Shown here: one piece after another, positions 31,032 to 40,799 of the stretch
Layout of the letters: every line of letters starts with the position of its first letter
How positions within the stretch are numbered: position 1 is the first letter of the stretch
Virus record (IMG/VR): IMGVR_UViG_2851443076_000002
Span: 1-64,000 of that record
From: an uncultured virus (IMG/VR IMGVR_UViG_2851443076_000002)
Taxonomy: Duplodnaviria; Heunggongvirae; Uroviricota; Caudoviricetes
Strand: one strand, 5' to 3'
DNA length: 64,000 bases
Made by a program: the position numbers and the translations under genes
The notes under the pieces: generated by a model
Told to the model about the DNA's origin: nothing
What the model saw: only the letters and a program-made list of their open reading frames with translations
Databases searched by the model: none

Positions 31032-32693
31032 TCAAATACCATTAAATGTTGCCAATCGTTCTTTGTGATTGTCACTCATATCAAAAGCAAAATCCTCGTG
31101 CTCAGACTGGAAAGTACCAAACGCCATCAACGCTGATACAGCAGGGTCGATCTTATTAGCGGATTTCTTCTTGTTAGGCTTGATATTGGCGTTGGCGTCA
31201 GACTCCATCACCACGTTACCAATCGCCCAGGACAGAACAGGATCGCCACGATGACGCACAACCCTGCGGTTGACGAATACCTCAAAGGATTTCGCGACCG
31301 GGCTGAACTTGAGATAGGTTTGAGGAAACGGCTCCACATCGAGACCGGCTCCCTGAAGCTGAGTGCGCAGATGCGTGGCGTTCCAGGTATCGAAGCCCAC
31401 CAGCCTGATATTGAAGATTTCAGCATCGCGCAGGATATCGTCACGAATGCGGTCATAGTCGATACAGTCGCCGGGTGTGGTGCGTATCCAGCCCGCTTTC
31501 ACCCACTGGCGGTAGATAGCGCGGTTTTTGTTGGCGACGTTAAGCAACTGCGCTTCCGGCAGATAATGGCGGGTCAGCAGGCGGATCTCCCTGTCGAACG
31601 GGAAAGCGTAGCTCACGCTGGTGATATCGCTGGTTGAGGACAGGTCAAATCCTGCGTAGCACTCCATCCCTGCAAGATCTTCTTCGGTATAGTCGAGCGC
31701 GCAGGCGTCCCATGCACCGGCCCCCATCCACGGAGTGGAGCCCTGACACCAGGTATTGAAACGTTTGGTCAGCATTTCCACCCACTGCGACGGTATGCCC
31801 CGCGCTTTCTGGAGGGTGGACTCCAGTTTAGCCGCGTCAACGGACACATGCAGGTTAGGGTTAGCCTTGATCCACATTTCAGGCTGCTCAACCTCGCTTT
31901 CGTCGTCCAGCTCGTAGATCAGGACAAACAACGAATCGTTACTCTCCTCCCCGGCCAGAATCTGGCAGCAGTAGTCATAATGCTGTTTGCAGGCGGAGAC
32001 AACGTTACTTCCGGCGGTCGTGATGGCGAACAAAATCGCCTCCGGTCGTGCGCCCATCCCCAGCTCAAGCGCGGAATAAACGCCGTTATCGGGGTGAAGG
32101 TGGTATTCATCGACAATCGCCAGGCTGGGGTTAGTCCCCTCAATGGTGGCCGCTTTCGCCGCCAGCGGCTTCAACAGGCTGTTGCTCTTTGGATAAATGA
32201 CCTTGTGCGCCTGAATATTGACGCGCTTTTTTAGCGGTTTTGACAGCAGGCACATCTGGCGGGCATCGTCGAACACGATTCGGGCCTGATCCCGGCTCAC
32301 CGCCGCCGTGTAGATATCCTGCTGGCCCTTCTCCATTACCAGAAACCAGTTAGCCAGCATGGCGGCTACGGTAGATTTGGCATTCTTGCGCGGCACTTCA
32401 ATAAAGGCACTGCTGTACTTCCGGCGGCCTGATTCCCTGACTTTAAATCCCAGCAGGTTAGCAAAGGCAAATTGTTGCCACGGCTCCAGTTCAATAGGCT
32501 GGCCGCGCAGCGGTCCTTTGACGTGAGGACAGAGCCGGGAGAACGCAATAAACCGCTCTACGGTCGCCGTATCGAACTCATAACGGGGGTCACTCAGGTC
32601 TGAAAAGTACCTTTCCACGGCCTGTTTTACGCGCTTACAGGCCGGAATTTCGCCCGTTTTTATCGCGTTTGCGTACTCATCCCAGACGGTCAA
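31032..32693 (-). CDS. terL: Satellite terminase large subunit (intact)
   Basis: Walker A VPRKNAKS, Walker B IVDEYH, ITTAG, GFDLS, KIDP. Confidence 0.93.
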   Translation of the reverse strand: MTVWDEYANAIKTGEIPACKRVKQAVERYFSDLSDPRYEFDTATVERFIAFSRLCPHVKGPLRGQPIELEPWQQFAFANLLGFKVRESGRRKYSSAFIEVPRKNAKSTVAAMLANWFLVMEKGQQDIYTAAVSRDQARIVFDDARQMCLLSKPLKKRVNIQAHKVIYPKSNSLLKPLAAKAATIEGTNPSLAIVDEYHLHPDNGVYSALELGMGARPEAILFAITTAGSNVVSACKQHYDYCCQILAGEESNDSLFVLIYELDDESEVEQPEMWIKANPNLHVSVDAAKLESTLQKARGIPSQWVEMLTKRFNTWCQGSTPWMGAGAWDACALDYTEEDLAGMECYAGFDLSSTSDITSVSYAFPFDREIRLLTRHYLPEAQLLNVANKNRAIYRQWVKAGWIRTTPGDCIDYDRIRDDILRDAEIFNIRLVGFDTWNATHLRTQLQGAGLDVEPFPQTYLKFSPVAKSFEVFVNRRVVRHRGDPVLSWAIGNVVMESDANANIKPNKKKSANKIDPAVSALMAFGTFQSEHEDFAFDMSDNHKERLATFNGI

Positions 32694-33033
32694 GCTCGTC
32701 TTCCTCTTCCGTTTCTACAGGGTTACGACGGCGGCTTACCGGATCAAAGCCCAGCAGCGACGACATTTTAATCATGATTTTTTCAGCATCGGCCTTTGCA
32801 CTCAGCGCCGGATTCCGGCTCTCGCCGCCCTGGCTGTTAATAATGCTGAAACCACGGCTGGCAAGGTCTTCCACGGCTTTGCGGTACAACGAATAGTTGA
32901 CGCAAAAAAGCTCAAGGTTATTCCAGTCGGCGGGAGTCAGATCCCCGCGCTCCGCCAGTTGCTTCGCCTTTGCTTTCCACTGCTGCGCGGCTAGCTCATC
33001 AAGGTAAGCTGGCGGTTTTGGTGGTCTTGCCAT
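32677..33033 (-). CDS. terS: Satellite terminase small subunit (P27 family)
   Basis: MARPPKPPAYLDELA..W...NPA...LGFDPVSR. Confidence 0.9.
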   Translation of the reverse strand: MARPPKPPAYLDELAAQQWKAKAKQLAERGDLTPADWNNLELFCVNYSLYRKAVEDLASRGFSIINSQGGESRNPALSAKADAEKIMIKMSSLLGFDPVSRRRNPVETEEEDELDRLG

Positions 33034-33049
33034 AAAAATTTCTCGTTTC

Positions 33050-33160
33050 CATCGCGTTTTATTTTCAAAAAAATTACCGAGCGTAAAAATTTGAGGGGGC
33101 AGGTGGTTCCTCGCTGAGAGGGGTTTGTCCTGAAAACCTCCCCCACCCCGTCCATTCGGC
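33050..33160 (-). promoter_or_regulatory. Probable satellite cos/packaging-initiation region
   Basis: Non-coding gap upstream of terS with a G-rich block (GGGGTGGGGGAGG) and T-tracts, as in the helper gap. Confidence 0.5.
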
Positions 33161-33163
33161 CTG

Positions 33164-33316
33164 TCAGCGGTTGCGAAAGCATTCCATGAGCTCCCGGTCA
33201 CGCTGGCTCATGCGCTTTGCTGCGGGCTTCTTATGCACTCTCAGTCTGGCTGGTTGCCATGACTCACGCTGCTTTATCAGCCCACTAATCAGCCGCTGCT
33301 GTTCCTGCTCAGTCAT
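33164..33316 (-). CDS. Small hypothetical protein in the packaging module
   Basis: MTEQEQQRLISGL...; overlaps the HNH stop. Confidence 0.55.
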   Translation of the reverse strand: MTEQEQQRLISGLIKQRESWQPARLRVHKKPAAKRMSQRDRELMECFRNR

Positions 33317-33752
33317 TGTTTGCCTCATAGATCCAGTCGGTGCGATGACGTGCTGCTTCTTCCTGCTCACGGAACTTACCGGCTTTACGCTGCTGCTTCG
33401 TCACCGGGTCTGTTGTGGTTGTCTTCCGTCCATGACAGGCAGCGCATAACGACTGGTGATTACTGGCGGGCCAGAACAGCACATCGGCCTCACCCTCGAT
33501 AGGGATGATGTGATCGACGATAGTTGCCGATGTATAGACGTCAGCCTTAAGACAATGGACACACAGCGGATTAGCTTTCAGAAAATGACGACGATATTCG
33601 CCCCAGCGGTTGGAGTAACCACGCTCTGTTCGCGTACCTCTTCGGCTGTCGCTTTGTCGGCGGGCATCCCGCTTATGCTCGTCACACTTGCCAGACTTCA
33701 CCCGTTTATTACATCCCGGCTCAGTGCATCGGCGTAGTGGTTGCCACGGCAT
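33309..33752 (-). CDS. Satellite HNH endonuclease (terminase cofactor type)
   Basis: CxxPGC, LCVHC, VDHIIP, NHQSLCAACH. Confidence 0.9.
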   Translation of the reverse strand: MPWQPLRRCTEPGCNKRVKSGKCDEHKRDARRQSDSRRGTRTERGYSNRWGEYRRHFLKANPLCVHCLKADVYTSATIVDHIIPIEGEADVLFWPASNHQSLCAACHGRKTTTTDPVTKQQRKAGKFREQEEAARHRTDWIYEANND

Positions 33753-34045
33753 CAGTACACCCCCACATCACGATAGACAGACCATAACGCAGAGACAGCC
33801 ATCGGTATCTCTTTGGCGTCAGTATCACCAATCATCGTGCGGTACTCGTACAGCTGAGATACGTACATCAGACAGCCAATCTTGATAGCTGGCGTAAACT
33901 CCAGCCCGTTATCAAACCGCTTGCCGATATGCTTCTGGCAAACCTCCAGCGCCGCATCGATGTATGCCTGTATCAGCGTGTCTTCATAATCATCATCAAT
34001 ACGGCAATGCAGCTTTGCTTCTTCCAGACCAATTAACTCATTCAT
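33752..34045 (-). CDS. Satellite head-tail connector (gp6-like)
   Basis: LEEAKLHCRIDDDYED.LI..YI.AA...LYEYR. Confidence 0.88.
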   Translation of the reverse strand: MNELIGLEEAKLHCRIDDDYEDTLIQAYIDAALEVCQKHIGKRFDNGLEFTPAIKIGCLMYVSQLYEYRTMIGDTDAKEIPMAVSALWSVYRDVGVY

Positions 34046-34376
34046 TGAAAATGCCTCCCTTGCACAGCAGCTCAAGCCGGGTGTGATCCACATCAGGAAT
34101 GACGGCCACAATGCCGTAAACCTGCCCCCGGACATTTGGCGAGCGGTACAAAATGCGGTTTGCGGTGGTGATATCGTCGCGGTAGCGCGTCCAGATTCGT
34201 ACAGTGGCTTCGGAGTAGAGCGCCCCGGAAGACATACGCTCACGCCCACTTATAGCGCGGATTTCAGCCCAGACGGTGGCAAGGTCAGACCACACATAGA
34301 TAACCTGCCCCATCTGATCACGGTGAGATTCTGACTTCTGAAAAGTGACGCGGCGTTTCATCTTTCCGGCTCTCAT
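34038..34376 (-). CDS. Satellite head closure protein
   Basis: MRAGKMKRRVTFQ...TVWAEIRAISGRE. Confidence 0.88.
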   Translation of the reverse strand: MRAGKMKRRVTFQKSESHRDQMGQVIYVWSDLATVWAEIRAISGRERMSSGALYSEATVRIWTRYRDDITTANRILYRSPNVRGQVYGIVAVIPDVDHTRLELLCKGGIFNE

Positions 34377-35608
34377 TCGTCACCGTCCTTGTTGTCCTTA
34401 CTGACCTTCACTTCCTGCTTCCATGCCTGACTGTATTCGTCGCCACCTTCACGCGGTGGCATCCCTTCGCGTTCGCGGGCTTCGTTCGGGTTCATGATCC
34501 CGTTCTTGATACCGCGCTCATAAGTTGCGTAACGTTCGGTAGGAGTGGCTCGAAGAAGATCGGCGGAGTCGAACTCCACCTGATAACGGATTCCGGGTAC
34601 AGGCGATGCCACCAGCAACGCGGATTTAATCTGCTGCTCAAAGTTCGCCAGCCACGGGCGCATTGTCATGGTAAGAAAGGCGCGGCTCGCCTCACTAAAA
34701 TTGCTGTAGGTGCTGTTGCTGTATTCCTGCAGGAAGATGGGAGAAACGTTAAACATGCGGGCAATATCTTCAATGGTGAAGCGACGGGAAGCCAGCCACT
34801 CAGCATCCTGATTGCTCATGCCAAGCTGCTTATAGTCCATGCCACCTTCAAGGATCGGCGTTTTCCCGGCGTTTCTGGCACCTTTGTAGCGTTCCAGTGC
34901 GTCCAGAGCTTGTTTGCCCTTTAAGCTGTCGAGCCATTCAGCAGTAGTGACCACGCCAGCCGCCATCATGCCATCTTTCATAATGCTGGCACCGTGGCGC
35001 TGCTGAGCGAGGCCCAGCCCCAACGCCTCACGGCAGACAGTGATCGGCGAACGCCCCAGAAAGCCATCGTCGGTGGAGTAACGCAGGTGCAGCATCTCTT
35101 CCTGCAAGTAGGTGCGCACAGCCCCCGTAAACGGTTCAGTAACGGTGTATTTGTACTTATGCTGGCCGATACGTTCGGGAACAACCGCCCCCGGCGCATA
35201 CGGATGCAGGGATTGCGGCTGGCCGTCACGGCCCCACTGGATCACCGCATAGGCGTTACCATTCAGCAGGCAGTGGCGCATCATCGTGCGTTTAAACTGG
35301 TAAGGCGTCTGGCAGTCGTTAGGCTGTTCGTTCAGGAGAAAATCCACCGGGTGATTGCTCAGCCACTCCCGCGCCTCTCGTCCTTTATAATTTCGTACCC
35401 GATAGAGGTAACAGGGCATTGTCGCCACAGCTTCACTGATAACGGAAACAGCATTCATCACCGCCGGCAGAGATTCCGCAGTACCCGCAGACACATACTC
35501 GCCTGATCCGGTATTTGGAATCCCTGCCATCGCCAGAAACTCATCAATGGTCATGCTGCGCTGCTCGGAGGGTTCAGACTTACGGCCAAACGGCCAGATA
35601 TTCCACAT
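34373..35608 (-). CDS. Satellite portal protein
   Basis: GNAYA, DGFLGRSPI, IARMFNVSP, PNEARERE. Confidence 0.93.
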   Translation of the reverse strand: MWNIWPFGRKSEPSEQRSMTIDEFLAMAGIPNTGSGEYVSAGTAESLPAVMNAVSVISEAVATMPCYLYRVRNYKGREAREWLSNHPVDFLLNEQPNDCQTPYQFKRTMMRHCLLNGNAYAVIQWGRDGQPQSLHPYAPGAVVPERIGQHKYKYTVTEPFTGAVRTYLQEEMLHLRYSTDDGFLGRSPITVCREALGLGLAQQRHGASIMKDGMMAAGVVTTAEWLDSLKGKQALDALERYKGARNAGKTPILEGGMDYKQLGMSNQDAEWLASRRFTIEDIARMFNVSPIFLQEYSNSTYSNFSEASRAFLTMTMRPWLANFEQQIKSALLVASPVPGIRYQVEFDSADLLRATPTERYATYERGIKNGIMNPNEAREREGMPPREGGDEYSQAWKQEVKVSKDNKDGDE

Positions 35609-35609
35609 A

Positions 35610-36170
35610 TTAAAGCCCCGCTAATTCGGCCCAGCGGCGACGATTATCGCCAGCGCGACGCAGTTCAGGATGTTGGGAGAAAAGCGAACGGTGCGCGATT
35701 TCCACACCAGATTCAGGATAAGCAGGCATAGACGTAACTGTGATTTCCCGCAGGTCGGCAGCTATTACAGTACGGAGGTACGGAGACTGGCCGATATCCC
35801 ACGCCTCTTTCAGCGCACGGAAACCAAAACTCATGCCGGAAATATCCCCACGTTCCACCAGCTCCAGCACATCATTCCCAAGCTGGGTATTCGGCGGGGT
35901 CAGCTCGAAGCGCAGCCCGGTATCGTCCTCAGACAGCACCAGCGTGCCGGATTTAGTGCGCCCCAGCAGTTGGGTATAGTTATGCTCGTAAAGTGCACGC
36001 ACATCGCTACCGGATGCCAGACTGTCTTTAAACGCCCCAGGCGCGAACTGCTCACGGAATTCATCCCAGATAACTTCTGACAGGCTGTTCCAGCGCACCG
36101 CATAGCCCACCAGCTTTTTGTTGCTGGCGCTCAGCTCAGAGGTTCGGATTTCAAAATCGATTGTTTTCAT
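35610..36170 (-). CDS. Satellite HK97-family prohead protease
   Basis: GYAVRWN, LYEHN, GMSFGF, EITVTSMPAY. Confidence 0.92.
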   Translation of the reverse strand: MKTIDFEIRTSELSASNKKLVGYAVRWNSLSEVIWDEFREQFAPGAFKDSLASGSDVRALYEHNYTQLLGRTKSGTLVLSEDDTGLRFELTPPNTQLGNDVLELVERGDISGMSFGFRALKEAWDIGQSPYLRTVIAADLREITVTSMPAYPESGVEIAHRSLFSQHPELRRAGDNRRRWAELAGL

Positions 36171-36220
36171 TACTGGACTCCACAGAGGGCAAAAGGGGCC
36201 GAAGCCCCTTAAACGTCAGA

Positions 36221-37387
36221 TCAGGAACCGGAGCCGGAAAGCTCAAGCACCTTGATGGCGCAGGAGTCCACCACGCCGCCGCCCAGGTATTTATCGGTAT
36301 GCACCTTGTAGAAACCCGGTTCGGTGATATTGTCAGGACGGGTGCGCACGCCAGTGGTGTGATCGACAATGAAGTAACCACGCTTAAAATCGCCTACCGC
36401 CAGAAATGCTTCTCCCGGAGCCGCATCGGGCATAGTTTCCAGATACTGAACCGGACGGCCCAGCAGCGTATCAGGAGAGTCAGCGACCAGACGATCGCGC
36501 CAGATATAGTCCCCGTTATCGTTTTTCAGCTTCTGAAGCGTGGCCGCAGTATTCGAGTTCATCACCCATACGGCGTTCTTGCGGTATTTCGCTTTCAGCT
36601 TGTATAGCAGGTCGATCAAACCATCTGAGTTAACAGCAGTCATTTCCATCTTCTCCAGCGTGCCGAACGGACGGGTTTTATCGCTGGTGGCCGCACGCGG
36701 ATAGGACAGGAACCCTTTGGATTTTTTATCACCGTCGCCGTTCACAAAGTCGGTTTCTTCAGTAGCGCTGAAGGTTTCGGAGATTTCAGAAGATAACCAA
36801 CCCAGAACATCCACCTCGGAAAAATCGAGGATCTCCTGAGTGGTTTTCGGGTATGCATAGATCGGGCTGAGTTTGATATCGACACGTTCCATTCTCGGTG
36901 TGGTAGTTTCGGCACGCGCTTCACCTTCTGCCCCATGCTTAACGGCAGCACCGCCCACAGATACCAGTTTCTGGTATTCGTTGGTTTTGGTTGTCTTCAC
37001 TGTCGCGATAGATCGCATCACGCTGTCATCCTGCAACTGGCGCATGATCTCTTTGTCCAGCTCAGGGATAACGGTATAGCCGCCATCAGCCTGCACCAGC
37101 GTGGAGAGAGAACGGGTATCACCGGTCATGATGTAGTGCCGCAGTTCGTCGTTGCTTACTGGCTCAGCTTCAACGGAAGTACCAGGCAGATTGCGCTCAT
37201 CGTTGGCAACGGCTTCAAGGCGGGTAATTTCCACTTCAAGCGTATCAGCCCGGGCGCGGAGTTCGTCGAACTGTTTACCCTCTTCATCATTCAGGCTGCG
37301 CTTCTCGCTGTCGGCTTTGTCCAGCATGGAACGCATCTGGGTTTTGAGAGCGGCTTTCTGCTGGCGTAATTCGAGTAATTTTTTCAT
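36221..37387 (-). CDS. Satellite major capsid protein (HK97 fold)
   Basis: MKKLLELRQ delta domain, DGGYTVIPE, LLGRPV, GDFKRGY. Confidence 0.93.
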   Translation of the reverse strand: MKKLLELRQQKAALKTQMRSMLDKADSEKRSLNDEEGKQFDELRARADTLEVEITRLEAVANDERNLPGTSVEAEPVSNDELRHYIMTGDTRSLSTLVQADGGYTVIPELDKEIMRQLQDDSVMRSIATVKTTKTNEYQKLVSVGGAAVKHGAEGEARAETTTPRMERVDIKLSPIYAYPKTTQEILDFSEVDVLGWLSSEISETFSATEETDFVNGDGDKKSKGFLSYPRAATSDKTRPFGTLEKMEMTAVNSDGLIDLLYKLKAKYRKNAVWVMNSNTAATLQKLKNDNGDYIWRDRLVADSPDTLLGRPVQYLETMPDAAPGEAFLAVGDFKRGYFIVDHTTGVRTRPDNITEPGFYKVHTDKYLGGGVVDSCAIKVLELSGSGS

Positions 37388-37409
37388 GAGTGGTTTCCGT
37401 AACAATTAA

Positions 37410-37532
37410 CGTTAAGACGTGAAACCAGCGCGGGAAGGGGTAAGGCCGTTTAACATTTTTCTGAGTCTCTCAGGCTGTACTCACTACAGCTTGATTAAAC
37501 GGCCTGTGGCGGCTCACGTCTGAGTGCCACTC
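37410..37532 (-). promoter_or_regulatory. Highly structured 5' leader of the satellite capsid operon
   Basis: 11-bp perfect stem 37443-37453/37495-37505 enclosing two hairpins, plus hairpin 37506-37530. Confidence 0.6.
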
Positions 37533-37675
37533 TTTAAGGTATATATAAATTTTAGTGAGTAAATAGACCGCCTTTATCTTAAACGGTAATGAAAATAGAC
37601 GAACAAATAATTTACAAAACCAATCATTCAAACTAGCCTGATCGGGCTAATCTACAACACAGCAAGGGAACAAAA

Positions 37676-38152
37676 ATGGAAGATAAAGAACTTATGACAG
37701 CGCTGTTTGCACAGCAGCGAGTTCAAGTTATGCACATAGCAAAACATTACAATGAATTCACTGATGCCTACCTCTATGCATGGGATCGCGGAGTTTATCC
37801 ATTCCTTAGCGATACAGATGGTAGTGTACCTGTTATGCCGCATGAATCATTCAGTGAATATTTTATAACAACTAGAGAAAAAGGGCTTTTTCTAATTAAA
37901 AGACTTGATGATGCCTGGCTGGCAAAAGAGAAACTCACTTTTTATAAGCTTGAGGATGAGTTAAACGTCCGCAGCGGGTATTCCACAGACTGGACACGAT
38001 CTGACTTACTTCATCTTTGCAGATATTTCTATTTGGATGGACGCTTTGACGATACCTTATGGAGAAATATTTGTAAAAACATGGAATGTCCAACTGAGGC
38101 TCATTTCATTACTGATAGTTTCGACAGAAAAACAGATGTTTTTTTCATGTAA
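37676..38152 (+). CDS. Hypothetical accessory protein, opposite orientation
   Basis: 158-aa ORF with RBS, low GC, hairpin 38158-38181 after the stop. Confidence 0.75.
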   Translation: MEDKELMTALFAQQRVQVMHIAKHYNEFTDAYLYAWDRGVYPFLSDTDGSVPVMPHESFSEYFITTREKGLFLIKRLDDAWLAKEKLTFYKLEDELNVRSGYSTDWTRSDLLHLCRYFYLDGRFDDTLWRNICKNMECPTEAHFITDSFDRKTDVFFM

Positions 38153-38184
38153 TTTGTAGGCCTGGTTGATACCAGGCCTATCTA

Positions 38185-38445
38185 TCATTTCTCGCTCATC
38201 CAGTCCGGCGGCGTTGACATCTTATTTCTATATTCTTGCAAATGCTCAATCATGGCATCCAATTGTTCACGGTTCGTGGCAAGTATCTCCTCTGATAGAG
38301 TGCTGCGAACAAAATCATGATGGTCGATCCAGAACAGCGCACCATTTTTGAGAACCTGCCGATACTCAGCAGTAGGCATTGCACTCATGTCGTGAAGCCC
38401 ATATTGATCGTAGTGCTCTTTAATATCCTGAATAGTAACTGGCAT
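38185..38445 (-). CDS. Hypothetical protein
   Basis: 86-aa ORF with strong RBS AGGAGG. Confidence 0.7.
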   Translation of the reverse strand: MPVTIQDIKEHYDQYGLHDMSAMPTAEYRQVLKNGALFWIDHHDFVRSTLSEEILATNREQLDAMIEHLQEYRNKMSTPPDWMSEK

Positions 38446-38502
38446 ATAACCTCCTGAATTTTATCAATTATATTTAAATTTATCGCGGGCATAATTAAGA
38501 CG

Positions 38503-38694
38503 TTAAGCTGTTACAACGCGGTTAATGCCACCATCCTCAAGCCATTTCATTACAGCTTTACGGCTGTAGCGAGAGGGATAGGTGAGTATCAGGTTTGGGA
38601 ATCCGTGATCTTTGCGTAAACGCCATATGGCTGTTTTTTTCTTACCCAGAAGAGCGAAAAGTTCCGGCTCTTCCATGAAATCACTAACGATCAT
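38503..38694 (-). CDS. alpA: AlpA-like wHTH regulator (third copy)
   Basis: KTAIWRLRKDHGFP...V.KWL. Confidence 0.75.
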   Translation of the reverse strand: MIVSDFMEEPELFALLGKKKTAIWRLRKDHGFPNLILTYPSRYSRKAVMKWLEDGGINRVVTA

Positions 38695-38754
38695 AATCTA
38701 CCCTCCATCAATTATGCTTTTATTCTGCTATAAAATTAAAAAATATACGTTTAA

Positions 38755-38983
38755 GTGTTCACCCATTCACCTTTATGAGTTTCTTTATTAAATTCATATA
38801 GTTATATGGTGAACGCTCTTCGTTCAGGTGTTCACAAGTGTTCACCCTACCCTTCACCCTTTAGAACAAAAACAAACAAAAGGTGAACAGGTGAATACTT
38901 GGTGAATACTTCATAAATAAGTGTTCACCCCTTAACACCATGTAATAGATAGACTTTTTAACATGGTGAATACTGGTGAACAC
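38755..38983. repeat. Satellite replication origin: cluster of TGTTCACC-type iterons
   Basis: About 12 TTCAC/GTGAA-core copies in both orientations, five exactly TGTTCACC/GGTGAACA; AT-rich; directly downstream of the primase-helicase. Confidence 0.8.
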
Positions 38984-38996
38984 TTTATTTATAACT

Positions 38997-40799
38997 TTAC
39001 TCTACCCCAGCACTTTCAGAATTATTGTTACATGACGGCATCCAGTCGTCTGAGTCGTCGTGTAGCGTAACGTTTGACCTGATACCGTGCTTGGTTTTCC
39101 GCTTTTCGTACTTCTTCCCGTACTCGGCCATTGCGCCTGGCATATCGGTACCAAACCGCATCAGAGAGACTGGCTTACTCAGACCATTGGCCCGCATGTA
39201 TGCCAGATAGGCGTGATACAGATATTTGCGCGGGCTGAATGGCACAATCTCCGCATTGCCGATAAACATTCCATCGCAAACTACCGACGCCATCAGATAA
39301 CCGCAGAAATCCACCAGCGAATCCCCTTCTCGCTTGATAGCCAGTGCTTCTTCTGACTTCTGCTGTTCGTGCAGCAGCTGTTTGGCTTCGTCCTGGCTTG
39401 CAAAACGGGTCAGCAGATGGCGAATGATGACGGCCAGCTCACCTTCTATCTTTTCAGCCAACATCGTATCGCGCTCGTTTTCCGGAACTATTTCCGTGAA
39501 GTTGAATATAACTCGGCGGCGCGATATCCCACCACTCCGGTCGCTGAAGGTCATTGCATTGTTGTTGACCGCCAGCACCACAGCCTGAATACGGGTTGAA
39601 TATGGCGCTTTATGCTTAGGATCGATAGAAACCTTGTCACCGCCGGTAATTGCCTTAATCCCGGCGCCATCGCCAGCATAGCGGGTCATATCCGGCATGA
39701 TGATAAGTGAGTACCCAACCACCAGCGCTCTATCTCTGGCATCCTCCAGCGCTTTCATGCTGGCTGATACAGTATTGGCCTTGCCCGCAAGCATGGTGCA
39801 TATTTCCGCCATCACACTTTTACCGCTACCGCCGGGGCCCGTAACCTCAAGGAACAGCTGCCAGTCGTACCGGTTCGCCAGCACCATAAATAGCGCCGCC
39901 AGCACACGGTCTGTTTTGCGGTCGTTGTTGGCCACGGAACGGCGTAACCACTTCCAGAAGTTCGGCGCATGGCTGGCCAGTGTCTCCCCCTCTGCTGGTG
40001 GACTGAATGGCAGTTCACTGGCAATCAACAACCAGTCGGTTTTGCTGTGCTCCCTGAACTGCCCCGTCCGGGTATCAAATACGCCGTTGCTGAAGCCAAT
40101 GAGGTTGCGGGCTGTTACGCCCATCACCGGCAGACTCAGCTTCATGGTTTCCACCGCCGATTTGATGGCGTTCTGCGAATAGGCTACCTCAGCATCAATG
40201 TAAATCTGCGCCATTGCCCGTTGCAGCTCTTTATCCGGGAGTGGATTCCAGATCGCACCGTTATAGTGGTGAACCATGTCCGAATCAGCATGAATAGCCA
40301 GGTCTCCATCGTAATGGGCCAGCAGCACTTGCCCGCGCTGGCTGGCCCCCATCTGATTAAGAGCCGGGCTAACTTCATCATGCGCTGGTTCTCTTTTCGT
40401 CACTGGCAGATTTACTACTGTGCTTTTTCCTTCCCTAATCCGATTAAGATGATCGCGCCAGTCCTCCGGATGAGTATCGGGAATACCCTTATAAAGTTTT
40501 GCCTCCTGTACCCCAGCCTGTGCCAGCTTGGCACCAATGGCACTAATCATCGACGTCTCGATATCGCCAGCCAGATATACCCGTGCAGCTCTGCGGCCAT
40601 CATCGATAATGCGCAGGTTGTCCAGTTCCTCCAGTTGCCGCGGGCCAAGATAAACAGGAGGCGTGGTATCTTCCGCGATCTGCTTACCTAACCCCTCTTC
40701 CCAGCCTTTGGCATGACTCCACGCGTCGGCACCCGCGAAAATAATCGCTTCTGTAAACTTGTCTTTCGGCAGCGCCTTTACGTTAGGTGCATTTTTCAC
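38997..40799 (-). CDS. P4-family primase/SF3 helicase replication protein
   Basis: D5_N-like FSNGVFD, Walker A GPGGSGKS, KAITGGD, NN..., RR. Confidence 0.9.
   Translation of the reverse strand: MKNAPNVKALPKDKFTEAIIFAGADAWSHAKGWEEGLGKQIAEDTTPPVYLGPRQLEELDNLRIIDDGRRAARVYLAGDIETSMISAIGAKLAQAGVQEAKLYKGIPDTHPEDWRDHLNRIREGKSTVVNLPVTKREPAHDEVSPALNQMGASQRGQVLLAHYDGDLAIHADSDMVHHYNGAIWNPLPDKELQRAMAQIYIDAEVAYSQNAIKSAVETMKLSLPVMGVTARNLIGFSNGVFDTRTGQFREHSKTDWLLIASELPFSPPAEGETLASHAPNFWKWLRRSVANNDRKTDRVLAALFMVLANRYDWQLFLEVTGPGGSGKSVMAEICTMLAGKANTVSASMKALEDARDRALVVGYSLIIMPDMTRYAGDGAGIKAITGGDKVSIDPKHKAPYSTRIQAVVLAVNNNAMTFSDRSGGISRRRVIFNFTEIVPENERDTMLAEKIEGELAVIIRHLLTRFASQDEAKQLLHEQQKSEEALAIKREGDSLVDFCGYLMASVVCDGMFIGNAEIVPFSPRKYLYHAYLAYMRANGLSKPVSLMRFGTDMPGAMAEYGKKYEKRKTKHGIRSNVTLHDDSDDWMPSCNNNSESAGVE

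Noticed and set aside
38755..38983. CRISPR array
   Set aside because: Repeats are 7-8 bp, in mixed orientation and irregularly spaced; no cas genes
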